Assembly (NCBI RefSeq): GCF_000039765.1
Contig: NC_004459.3
Location: 2,451,127-2,483,126 of the forward strand
Length of the DNA stretch: 32,000 nt
Direction: 5' to 3'
From: Vibrio vulnificus CMCP6
Lineage (GTDB): Bacteria; Pseudomonadota; Gammaproteobacteria; Enterobacterales; Vibrionaceae
The notes beneath the pieces were generated by a model. It saw nothing but the letters and a program-made list of their open reading frames with translations. It ran no database searches and was not told the origin of the DNA. Shown one piece after another: positions 24,907-32,000 of the stretch (positions within the stretch are counted from its first letter, which is position 1; each line of letters begins with the position of its first letter). The translations under genes and the position numbers were made by a program.

Positions 24907-25033
24907 GCATAACAAAGCGTTCAAGTGGGATTTGGCACGCGTGGCATTTTTAGTTTGCGTTGAGTTCGGTGATTACGGCACTGTGCGGTAGCTTTTGTAT
25001 TGCGTGCCTGCACCCCTTAACGCGGCGTTATGT
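24907..25033 (+). repeat. attC site 39 (subtype II, 127 bp)
   Basis: R'' GCATAAC / R' GTTATGT. Confidence 0.9.
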
Positions 25034-25052
25034 GCTTTTGAGGAAAATTGAC

Positions 25053-25547
25053 ATGGAAGTAGTAGAAGCGAGTCCAGATTTAGCTCCGATATTAGTGAGG
25101 TACGCGAAAGAATGTTTGGAGTCGGGTATCCTTAAATATTCCAGCGTTGAGCAAGATCCTGAAGCTTATTTATTAGGTTTGGTTGAACGCTCTAAGGCAA
25201 CTTCTGAGTTACCAAGCGGGTATTTACCCAGCACAACTTATTATTGCGTATCTGACTCTGAAATCTTAGGCGCTATTCGAGTTCGTAAAGGTACTAACGC
25301 CAACGTAGAAAATGTCATTGGGCATGTTGGCTACGAAACTAAACCGTCAGCTCGTGGTAAAGGTGTAGCTTCATTTCTCCTCGTTTGGGTGCGAGACCAT
25401 GTTGTCACTGACTCAGTTATTGTTACTTGTTCAATTGACAATCCAGCGTCCCAAAAGGTTATCGAAAACTGTGGCGGTGAGTATCTTGGCAACTACACAA
25501 GCGAAAACGAGGGCACTGTAAGGCGCTACCGTTTAGCACGCACATAA
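25053..25547 (+). CDS. GNAT family N-acetyltransferase, 164 aa
   Basis: ATG after SD gagga; motif IGHVGYETKPSARGKGVASFLL; track start 24960 lies in attC. Confidence 0.8.
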   Translation: MEVVEASPDLAPILVRYAKECLESGILKYSSVEQDPEAYLLGLVERSKATSELPSGYLPSTTYYCVSDSEILGAIRVRKGTNANVENVIGHVGYETKPSARGKGVASFLLVWVRDHVVTDSVIVTCSIDNPASQKVIENCGGEYLGNYTSENEGTVRRYRLART

Positions 25548-25670
25548 CAAAGCGTTCAAGAGGGATTCTCAACGCTTGGCAGTGTTGGTTCAAAGTTTGG
25601 CTTTTGTGATTATGGCACAATGGTTTAGGTCAGGCGGTGGCGTTGTTCACCCCTTAACGCGGCGTTATGT
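25542..25670 (+). repeat. attC site 40 (subtype IV, 129 bp)
   Basis: R'' ACATAAC / R' GTTATGT. Confidence 0.9.
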
Positions 25671-25683
25671 TCTAGGAGGTAAA

Positions 25684-26427
25684 TTGAACATTAATTGGGA
25701 AAAAATTGAGAAAGTATTCAGGTTATTCTTCCCTGAGTTCTCAAACAAAGTAACTTGGGCTGTAGTCATTGCCGGTATCGGCCTGACATCGACTTCATTA
25801 GTGCAAAGTATTATCAATGCGTTCTTGGAAACTCAATTTAATATTAGAATTTTAGGTCCATACGATTCCCTTATCGGCGTTGTCCTAATTGCCTTTGGGT
25901 TGATTCACAACATATTGCTACAAAGAGAAAAAACTAAAATTGAGGTGAATGGCAAGATTGAAGTTAATAAACAAGCCATTGAGCATGACAAGGCTTTATT
26001 CGAGCACCTCGATAATATACTGGACGACGAATACTTAATGCGCTTCTTTGAGGGTGTAGAAGTAAATCATGCCTATTTTTATAGTAAAGTTAAGCCGCTC
26101 ACGGACTTTATGTATGAAATTGGAAAGGTTAAAACTGAATTCGTACTGGAACCCATAGCATCATCTCTCAATCAATTAAAGCCAGTAACACGTCAACTGG
26201 ACGAGTTTTTTGTCTGTAACTTTGATGCTTATGGTCCAGGGAGAGGTGATGATTTTTGGTTATGTTTACATCCTCAATGGAACTGTGACAGAGCTGGAAG
26301 TTGGGATGACTTCGAGGGATCTAAAAAATATGATGTCGCTATGAGGGAGCTATTTCAGATCATTGATAACTATAAAGAATTGTATAAAGTTTATCGGCTT
26401 AATGTGAAAAAAGAGTTATGCATTTAG
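25684..26427 (+). CDS. 2-TM membrane-anchored hypothetical protein, ~247 aa (TTG start)
   Basis: TTG 4 nt after SD aggagg (25674-25679); N-terminal module FPEFSNKVTWAVVIAGIGL.. resembles the N-terminus of the 27068 protein. Confidence 0.65.
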   Translation: MNINWEKIEKVFRLFFPEFSNKVTWAVVIAGIGLTSTSLVQSIINAFLETQFNIRILGPYDSLIGVVLIAFGLIHNILLQREKTKIEVNGKIEVNKQAIEHDKALFEHLDNILDDEYLMRFFEGVEVNHAYFYSKVKPLTDFMYEIGKVKTEFVLEPIASSLNQLKPVTRQLDEFFVCNFDAYGPGRGDDFWLCLHPQWNCDRAGSWDDFEGSKKYDVAMRELFQIIDNYKELYKVYRLNVKKELCI

Positions 26428-26432
26428 TCCGA

Positions 26433-26560
26433 ACATAACAAAGCATTTAAGAGTGATTCCCAACGCATGGCATTTTTCATTCCATCGTTGGGTTTTGTGT
26501 TTACGGTGGCTTGGTTGAGCTTTGTGGTAGCGTTGCTCACACCTTAACGCGGCGTTAAAC
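26433..26560 (+). repeat. attC site 41 (subtype IV, 128 bp)
   Basis: R'' ACATAAC / R' GTTAAAC. Confidence 0.9.
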
Positions 26561-26580
26561 GACATATGGAGGCTAATCAG

Positions 26581-26912
26581 GTGAAATTGAGTTTGATAGC
26601 TTTGCTGTTATGTTTTAGTTCATTTTGTTTTGGAGGCAATTTGGGGAAAGGGAAAGAAGACACCCAACACTTATTTGACTCGGTGCTGCCTTTCTTAAAG
26701 CAGCTGCAAATCGACAATATAGCACCACCGCGGTAGTTTACGATGTTCGTATTATGCTTCCTTCAGGTAAGGCTTCAGATGCAATAGCCGTTAATCTTGA
26801 TCATAATTCTGGCTATTCTATTGTCGTGTATTTGCCTTACAAAAAAGTAAACCAAGCTATAGAGTACGGTGAACTATCAGTTCAAGAAGGTCGTGGAGCA
26901 ATATTTAATTAA
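26581..26912 (+). pseudogene. frameshifted gene for a small secreted/lipo-protein (~110 aa if restored)
   Basis: GTG after SD ggagg gives MKLSLIALLLCFSSFCFGG.. (51 codons, TAG at 26734). The reading continues in another frame from 26733 (VVYDVRIMLPSGK..GAIFN*) to 26912. Confidence 0.55.
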
Positions 26913-26927
26913 GCGCGTGATATGTGC

Positions 26928-27053
26928 GTTTAACAAACTGTTCAAGAGGGATTCGCAACGCGTGGCATTTTTACTATGCGTTGAATTTAGTGGTTAAGGT
27001 GGTATGCGGCGGCTTCGGTATTGCGTTGCTCACCCCTTAACAGGGCGTTAGTT
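26928..27053 (+). repeat. attC site 42 (subtype I, 126 bp)
   Basis: R'' GTTTAAC / R' GTTAGTT. Confidence 0.9.
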
Positions 27054-27067
27054 TTATCAGGAGACAT

Positions 27068-28036
27068 ATGAGTACGACATTGACTTTAAAAAGTATTGCA
27101 TTAGAAAAATTAAACAGAATACTAAACCCAAATTTTGAAACTAAGTTCATATGGGCGCTACTTGTCGCAGGGTTATCTTTACTGGGGTATCAAAGAGTAG
27201 TTCAATTGGGCTCCAGTATTGAGGTTCTTTCACCTGAGTGGTACGTAAAGTTATCCTTGAGTTCGGGAGCGGACACGTTTTTTGTATTTCTAGGCTTTAT
27301 TTTTGTATTGATTTCTTGTGGACTATTTTATTTAAAATACTATCACCGTGACCTCGATAAGGTAGTAACTTACAAAAGTTTGAGAAAAGCTGCTTCTGCT
27401 ATCAGGCCGTTGTTAGATGAAAATAGACGCATTTTTATGACATTTGGCCCAAACTCAGGCTCAGGCAGTACTGGCGACTTACGTCATGATATGTCGCTGT
27501 GGGAAGAGTTAAAGAAAACCCAAATAGTTCCGAATAACGATAAAATCCGTAATATCTTAGATTCTGTATCTGAGTTTAGTCAAAGCGAACAAGTTACAGT
27601 GTCTGACATTAAGTCTCATATTGAAGCATTTAAGAAACACTGTGAAGATCCGGAATTTGACTATTCAAATAACCAGTTTCCCCAATCATTTGCCGATTTA
27701 ATTTTTTCTTATTGTGCAAAAAAACATAACAACGTAGACAAATACTCTTACTGGTTACGCAATGAAACTCTCGCTGAGAAAGCTAGAATTGAAAATATCC
27801 TGATTTTTGGAAGTGCGTTGTACGGAGAGGAAAAAATAGATGTCGATATTGTTATAAAAACTAATGATTCTTCAATAGAGCAAGTAAGGTCATTTTCAGC
27901 TTATATAACTGAGCTTAAAAATCGTTTTAAGGGCAAGTTTGGTTTAACTCTTCACGCTACAGTTTTTTCTGAACTGGAAGTGAAGTCTTATGAAGAGTTT
28001 ATGCTAAAAATTCATTCAACCAAGAAGGTACTTTAG
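27068..28036 (+). CDS. 2-TM membrane protein with C-terminal minimal nucleotidyltransferase (Pol-beta-like) domain, 322 aa
   Basis: SD aggaga; two TM helices (residues ~27-40 and ~70-88); NTase signature FGSALYGEEKIDVDIVI (G248-S249..D258-x-D260, nt 27809-27847). Confidence 0.7.
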   Translation: MSTTLTLKSIALEKLNRILNPNFETKFIWALLVAGLSLLGYQRVVQLGSSIEVLSPEWYVKLSLSSGADTFFVFLGFIFVLISCGLFYLKYYHRDLDKVVTYKSLRKAASAIRPLLDENRRIFMTFGPNSGSGSTGDLRHDMSLWEELKKTQIVPNNDKIRNILDSVSEFSQSEQVTVSDIKSHIEAFKKHCEDPEFDYSNNQFPQSFADLIFSYCAKKHNNVDKYSYWLRNETLAEKARIENILIFGSALYGEEKIDVDIVIKTNDSSIEQVRSFSAYITELKNRFKGKFGLTLHATVFSELEVKSYEEFMLKIHSTKKVL

Positions 28037-28037
28037 T

Positions 28038-28424
28038 ATGGGGCGAAATCTTCACTATACAATTCCCCGCTTTCTACAAAAGGCACTTGACGAACATACG
28101 AAAGTGCGAGATTGGCAGAGAATCGATCATCCTCAGAACGACAACGATTTTATCTATCGTATCCGACGTACTGATGGACTCTCAGATATAGTTCTACATG
28201 CGGCAGACGACTATAGGTATTTGCTTACGAACTATTTTCAGAAGCCAGATAAAGTTGGGCAAGGTGCTTTTATTCTTATCGCAAGACCTGAAGGTGGCTA
28301 TGCAGATGAGGTGGTCGACATAGCGAAGCAAGATGAAATTAGTATAGGTAAGTTTAGTGCCCTGATGGGAGCCTTATATCGAGAAGACCACTGGAATTAT
28401 GTTCCCAAAGAACGTAGAGAATAA
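28038..28424 (+). CDS. hypothetical protein, 128 aa (gene 2, coupled to the NTase gene)
   Basis: ATG 1 nt after the upstream TAG; mixed alpha/beta-looking sequence; no family recognised. Confidence 0.7.
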   Translation: MGRNLHYTIPRFLQKALDEHTKVRDWQRIDHPQNDNDFIYRIRRTDGLSDIVLHAADDYRYLLTNYFQKPDKVGQGAFILIARPEGGYADEVVDIAKQDEISIGKFSALMGALYREDHWNYVPKERRE

Positions 28425-28550
28425 AACTAACAAACTGTTTAAGAGTGATTCGCAACGCGTGGCAGTTTTGCTATGCGTTGCGTTTAGTGTTTAAGGTGCT
28501 ATGCGGAAGCATCGGTATTGCGTTGCTCACACCTTAACAGGGCGTTAGCT
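28425..28550 (+). repeat. attC site 43 (subtype I, 126 bp)
   Basis: R'' AACTAAC / R' GTTAGCT. Confidence 0.9.
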
Positions 28551-28573
28551 TAAATCATTAACAAGGATGTGTA

Positions 28574-28915
28574 ATGAGAAACAAAAAATGGGTCTTTGCG
28601 GCGATTTTGCTCATTGGTGGCCCTTCACTATTGCCCTTTAGTTTGGAAGTGATTTCTGCAATCGAGTTATTTGGCCTTTTGGGTTTATGGACAATTTACT
28701 CATCCTATGCGGAATATTTGGTGAATCATCCTAGATTCAAAAGAGGTGTTTGCTTAGCGACTAGTTGGGACTTTCAGCCTCAGATGCTGTTCTCTCCAAG
28801 TGAGCTTAAGGCATGTCCCCAGCTAATTTTTCATATGCTTCCAGTTCAAAGCGCTATGGTTTGGACTCTGAATATTCTGTTTTGGGGCGGTGTGGCTTGG
28901 TGCTACATAATTTAA
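28574..28915 (+). CDS. small membrane protein, 113 aa
   Basis: SD aagga; about three hydrophobic helices. Confidence 0.7.
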   Translation: MRNKKWVFAAILLIGGPSLLPFSLEVISAIELFGLLGLWTIYSSYAEYLVNHPRFKRGVCLATSWDFQPQMLFSPSELKACPQLIFHMLPVQSAMVWTLNILFWGGVAWCYII

Positions 28916-29041
28916 GCTAACAAGGCGTTCAAGAGGGATTCATGCCGCGTGGCATTTTTGGCATGCGGTGAGTTTTGGTAGTAAAAGTGGTCTGCGGAAA
29001 GCTGGTTTAGGCGGCATTCACCCCTTAACGCAGCGTTATAT
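28915..29041 (+). repeat. attC site 44 (subtype III, 127 bp)
   Basis: R'' AGCTAAC / R' GTTATAT. Confidence 0.9.
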
Positions 29042-29476
29042 TTATCCACGTATTTCCATAATCCATTTGATGCTTATGTATGTGTGTAGTTATAATCAGA
29101 ACACGCAACTTGGGCAAGGCTCTTTTTGCTAGAAGTGCATTCGCATCTTAGATGGTCAGGCGACTGTTGATGATAGTTATGTTGAATGGTTGCACACTTT
29201 GCTGCTTTCACTGCAACTGAGAGCAAATAATCGTTGGTAAGGATTGCAAAACCTTATTCAGCGCGTGACGGCCACTCACGTAAAATATCAGGATTAACTC
29301 TTGAGTCGGCTCGAGAATTATCAGGCGAACTTTATGTTTACTGTTAAAACTCGAAATATAGTGGTTTCAATTGATGTTGCTGCAATAATTAGGGCTTCGG
29401 CTTTATTGTTGGTGCTTTTTTTGTAACCTTTGGTTGGGGCATCTTTGCCCCAAACCATAAATCTCCACCAATATAA
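29042..29476 (+). mobile_element. gene-less cassette body (E, unique)
   Basis: no ORF >=60 codons that stays outside attC; contains hairpins and a 30-codon hydrophobic ORF (29334-29426). Confidence 0.65.
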
Positions 29477-29603
29477 ATATAACAAAGCGTTTAAGACGGA
29501 TTCCCAACGCTTGGCATTCTCAGTTTGTTTCAACTTTAGTGTTTACGGCTCAATGCCTTAAGTTTGGTGGCCGCGTTGCTCACCACTTAACGCGGCGTTA
29601 TGC
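29477..29603 (+). repeat. attC site 45 (subtype IV, 127 bp)
   Basis: R'' ATATAAC / R' GTTATGC. Confidence 0.9.
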
Positions 29604-29948
29604 TTAATCGCGCAAAATCAGTGGTTTATGGTTTTTCTTTGTTCCCTCGGCTGATTAGCTTCGAGCTAGTCGGCAAGTTGACTTAATTGGGCGCTGCTTT
29701 TCGGACTCTTATTCTTTGGCGCTGAAAATTCAGAGAATTGCCTCAATCAATTTTCAGGTAAGCGCGAGGTTAGGGTGGCTGGCTCAATCAGCAATTTGAT
29801 CTTAGGTTTTTGATTTTTAGCAACCAAATTTCAAAGTCTGATTTTCAAAAATTATGAGTTATTTCAGTTTTTTAGGTTTTACCTTTTGTTAGCTAATCCT
29901 AGCCGAGTTAATCTTGGTTTTGGTAAAAATGTGGGCGTTGAAGCTTAA
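29604..29948 (+). mobile_element. gene-less cassette body, family A copy 5
   Basis: aligns with the other A copies. Confidence 0.8.
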
Positions 29949-30075
29949 GCATAACAAAGCGTTTAAGTGGGATTTGGCACGCGTGGCATTTTCAGTTTGC
30001 GTTGAGTTCGGTGGTTACGGCACTGTGCGGTAGCTTTTGTATTGCGTGCCTGCACCCCTTAACGCGGCGTTATAT
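29949..30075 (+). repeat. attC site 46 (subtype II, 127 bp)
   Basis: R'' GCATAAC / R' GTTATAT. Confidence 0.9.
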
Positions 30076-30107
30076 GCTAATTATGTCCACTAAACTAAAG
30101 GTGCTTT

Positions 30108-30443
30108 ATGGAACTAGATAAATTTGTAACAAAGACATTATTGATGATATCGAAGGGTGTTTATGATGCTCAAAATAGTAGTCCCGAATATGGCGTTAAA
30201 GTAAACGAGCTTCCAATTACCAGCTTTTCTCGCAATGATCCATTGTCTCAAAATGGAACTTTCATGCAGAATGTTACTTTCGACGTCGCAATTACTACTG
30301 AAGAGGTATCTGAAGGAGATGCGAAAATATCAGTTTTGGGTCTTTCTTTGGGTAAAAATGGCAGTTTCACAGATGTGTACTCATCGCGGATAAAATTTAC
30401 AATCCCTCTATCTTTTCCCAGATCAAGTCTAGATAAACAATAG
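30108..30443 (+). CDS. hypothetical protein, 111 aa, possibly trypco2-like
   Basis: N-terminal helix, then NVTFDVAITTEEVSEGDAKISVLGLSLGKNGS..SSRIKFTIPL; this resembles my recollection of trypco2 (trypsin-co-occurring domain 2) proteins. Confidence 0.6.
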   Translation: MELDKFVTKTLLMISKGVYDAQNSSPEYGVKVNELPITSFSRNDPLSQNGTFMQNVTFDVAITTEEVSEGDAKISVLGLSLGKNGSFTDVYSSRIKFTIPLSFPRSSLDKQ

Positions 30444-30449
30444 GCACGC

Positions 30450-30576
30450 ATATAACAAGGCGTTCAAGTGGGATTCATGCCGCGTGGCATTTTTGGTATG
30501 CGGTGAGTTTTGGCGGTGAAAGTGGTCTGCTGGAAGTTGGTTTGAGCGGCACTCACCCCTTAACGCGGCGTTAGTT
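30450..30576 (+). repeat. attC site 47 (subtype III, 127 bp)
   Basis: R'' ATATAAC / R' GTTAGTT. Confidence 0.9.
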
Positions 30577-30935
30577 GCCAACGAGGAAAAACGTACCTAA
30601 AGCGGAATGTTAAGGGCTAATGTTCGTGTGTTTGGCTAGGTTTTCGTATTTCAATTTCTAACTATTTGGGTTTGTGAAAATCGAGTTTTGGTTTCTTGTG
30701 TGATTGGATTTTCTGTTTCGTAAGCTTATTTGGGTGTTGAAAGTCAGCTCGGTTAAATTATATCTGTCCAAAAGAGCTTTTTGGTGTTGTTAGCCCGTTT
30801 TCTACGGCGTTGTATGTTCCAAGTGGTTTCAGTGACAGGCGCTTTGAAACTACGCCTGATTCGAGTGTTCCAAAACACGTAAAGCTAGTGTTGGCAAAGC
30901 GGTAATAAACTCCAGATCCTAGCCTTGAGCTTGGC
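30577..30935 (+). mobile_element. gene-less cassette body, family C copy 3
   Basis: aligns with C1 and C2. Confidence 0.8.
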
Positions 30936-31062
30936 AACTAACAAAGCATTCAAGAGGGATTCACAACGCTTGGCAATTTTGGTTTGAATTGGCTTTAGTG
31001 TTTACGGCACAATGGTTTAGGTTAGGTGGTAGCGTTGTTCACCCCTTAATGCGGCGTTATGT
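30936..31062 (+). repeat. attC site 48 (subtype IV, 127 bp)
   Basis: R'' AACTAAC / R' GTTATGT. Confidence 0.9.
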
Positions 31063-31078
31063 AGCAAGGAGATACGGT

Positions 31079-31486
31079 GTGCTTAACTTTTTGAATAAAA
31101 AGTCTTATGTTCAGTCAGTTGCTAAAGATGTAGCTCCTAAACTGTGTGCTAAGTTTGGGAAAAAGCTCGTCTATTCGTTTCAGGAAATTAGTTGGGCATT
31201 GAGTGAGATTAAGCGTAGTGATGACCAGTTCTATAGGTCAGTTTCTTATGGCATGTTGTTGCCTTACAGTAAAGAGTTGACTATCGAGTTACAAGAAGAC
31301 TTGGGTGACTTGTTAGAGTTTCAAAAGTCTGTCGGAGAGATCTTATTTAACGTGTCGGAAGTTCCATCGTTTGAAAGCTACCTGTTATATGCAGAGGTAA
31401 ATTCAGCACCTAAATGTAGTGTTACGAACACGACTCTAGATAGTTCCGGTGGAGTAAACTTTCTTGATTTTGGTGGCGCTGACTAG
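31079..31486 (+). CDS. hypothetical protein, ~135 aa (GTG start)
   Basis: GTG 7 nt after SD aaggag (31066-31071); track start 30989 lies in attC. Confidence 0.65.
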   Translation: MLNFLNKKSYVQSVAKDVAPKLCAKFGKKLVYSFQEISWALSEIKRSDDQFYRSVSYGMLLPYSKELTIELQEDLGDLLEFQKSVGEILFNVSEVPSFESYLLYAEVNSAPKCSVTNTTLDSSGGVNFLDFGGAD

Positions 31487-31488
31487 CT

Positions 31489-31615
31489 ACATAACAAGGC
31501 GTTTAAGAGGGATTCATGCCGCGTGGCATTTTTGGCATGCGGTGAGTTTTGGCGGTGAAAGTGGTCTGCGGAAAGCTGGTTTAGGCGGCATTCACCCCTT
31601 AACGCAGCGTTAGGC
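31489..31615 (+). repeat. attC site 49 (subtype III, 127 bp)
   Basis: R'' ACATAAC / R' GTTAGGC. Confidence 0.9.
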
Positions 31616-31637
31616 GCTATTCACTTTAGGATTAGGG

Positions 31638-32000
31638 ATGAACGTAGAATTTAGAGTGATCAATTTGGCGCAAGATTATGATTTTTGCGTAGCTGCTCGA
31701 AAGGATGCTTACTATTGCAGTTTCGAGACCTTTTCGGGTTTTGATGATTTCATAGCAGGTTATCGAGAACGAATCCAAGAAAGGCAATCTGAAGCAGGTT
31801 GGTTTTACATCCATATCTGGTTGGATGGAAAATTGGTAGGGCAGTTAGAGTTTCGTTCCTTTTCACCCGAGCCAGAGACCGGTTATGTTCATTTGGTTTA
31901 CTTGTTGCCTGAAGTTCGCGGTTCTGGTTTGAGCCAGCAAGTTCAGGTCTACATCGAAACAGAATTAGCACGAGCTGGTTGTGATCGTGCTGTGCTTTCC
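31638..32000 (+). CDS. GNAT family N-acetyltransferase, 5' part (runs off the window; absent from the ORF track)
   Basis: ATG 6 nt after agga; open for 121 codons to the window end; ..GYVHLVYLLPEVRGSGLSQQV.. is GNAT motif A. Confidence 0.7.
   Translation, partial: MNVEFRVINLAQDYDFCVAARKDAYYCSFETFSGFDDFIAGYRERIQERQSEAGWFYIHIWLDGKLVGQLEFRSFSPEPETGYVHLVYLLPEVRGSGLSQQVQVYIETELARAGCDRAVLS

Noticed and set aside
28038-28424. The 128-aa partner of the NTase could be a HEPN toxin (an Rx6H is present at RDWQRIDH, residues 24-31)
   Set aside because: The motif lies near the N-terminus rather than in the usual C-terminal helix. The sequence looks mixed alpha/beta rather than a four-helix bundle. It is left as unknown.
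29152-29220. 22-codon Cys-rich ORF (MVRRLLMIVMLNGCTLCCFHCN) in cassette E
   Set aside because: It has no SD and no supporting conservation available. It is too short to call.
49-31615. Regularly spaced repeats could be read as a CRISPR array
   Set aside because: The repeats are 97-129 bp imperfect palindromes with RYYYAAC/GTTRRRY cores. The 'spacers' are 0.3-1.4 kb and gene-bearing. There are no cas genes. This is an attC array.

Overview
The whole 32-kb window is one continuous, co-oriented integron gene-cassette array of the Vibrio 'superintegron' (sedentary chromosomal integron) type. I count 49 attC recombination sites: 46 of about 126-129 bp and 3 of 97 bp. They delimit 48 complete cassettes plus a partial cassette at each edge. 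For all 48 complete cassettes, the R' box in front (G plus the first 6 nt of the cassette) is the exact reverse complement of the R'' box of the cassette's own attC. This confirms the boundaries and the G|TT crossover point. I saw no integrase, attI, tRNA/rRNA, transposase or CRISPR. All genes but one are on the + strand, so intI/attI/Pc should lie to the left of nt 1. I grouped the attC sites informally: I (..GATTCGCAACGCGTGGCATTTTTACTATGCG.. / ..CTTAACAGGGCGTTA), II (..GGGATTTGGCACGCGTGGCATTTT.AGTTTGCG.. / ..GCCTGCACCCCTTAACGCGGCGTTA), III (..GGGATTCATGCCGCGTGGCATTTTTGGTATGCGG.. / ..CACCCCTTAACGCAGCGTTA), IV (..GATTC[AC]CAACGCT[TC]GGCA.. / ..CACCCCTTAAT[GT][CG]GGCGTTA), S (97-bp short form) and V (matches my recollection of the V. 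cholerae VCR). Recognisable cargo is typical for such arrays: a Phd/YefM-RelE/ParE toxin-antitoxin cassette (present twice), four GNAT and one hexapeptide acetyltransferase, a RibD-like deaminase domain, a metzincin-like protease, a bPH_2 membrane protein, a DUF4440/NTF2-like protein, and many secreted or membrane-anchored unknowns. Two things stand out. (1) Three translationally coupled two-gene cassettes have no family I can name. Two pair a ~290-aa soluble protein with a ~150-aa 4-TM protein (6802-8165 and 20673-21976). The third pairs a 2TM-anchored minimal nucleotidyltransferase with a 128-aa partner (27068-28424). There is also a lone HEPN-like (Rx4H) cassette. All are candidates for compact phage-defence or abortive-infection modules. 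(2) 15 of the 48 cassettes have no convincing ORF. Most of these belong to recurrent, modular, T-rich families (A, B, C, one A/B mosaic) that carry a conserved promoter-like motif pointing downstream. Function calls rest on reading the translations by eye; no database search was possible.
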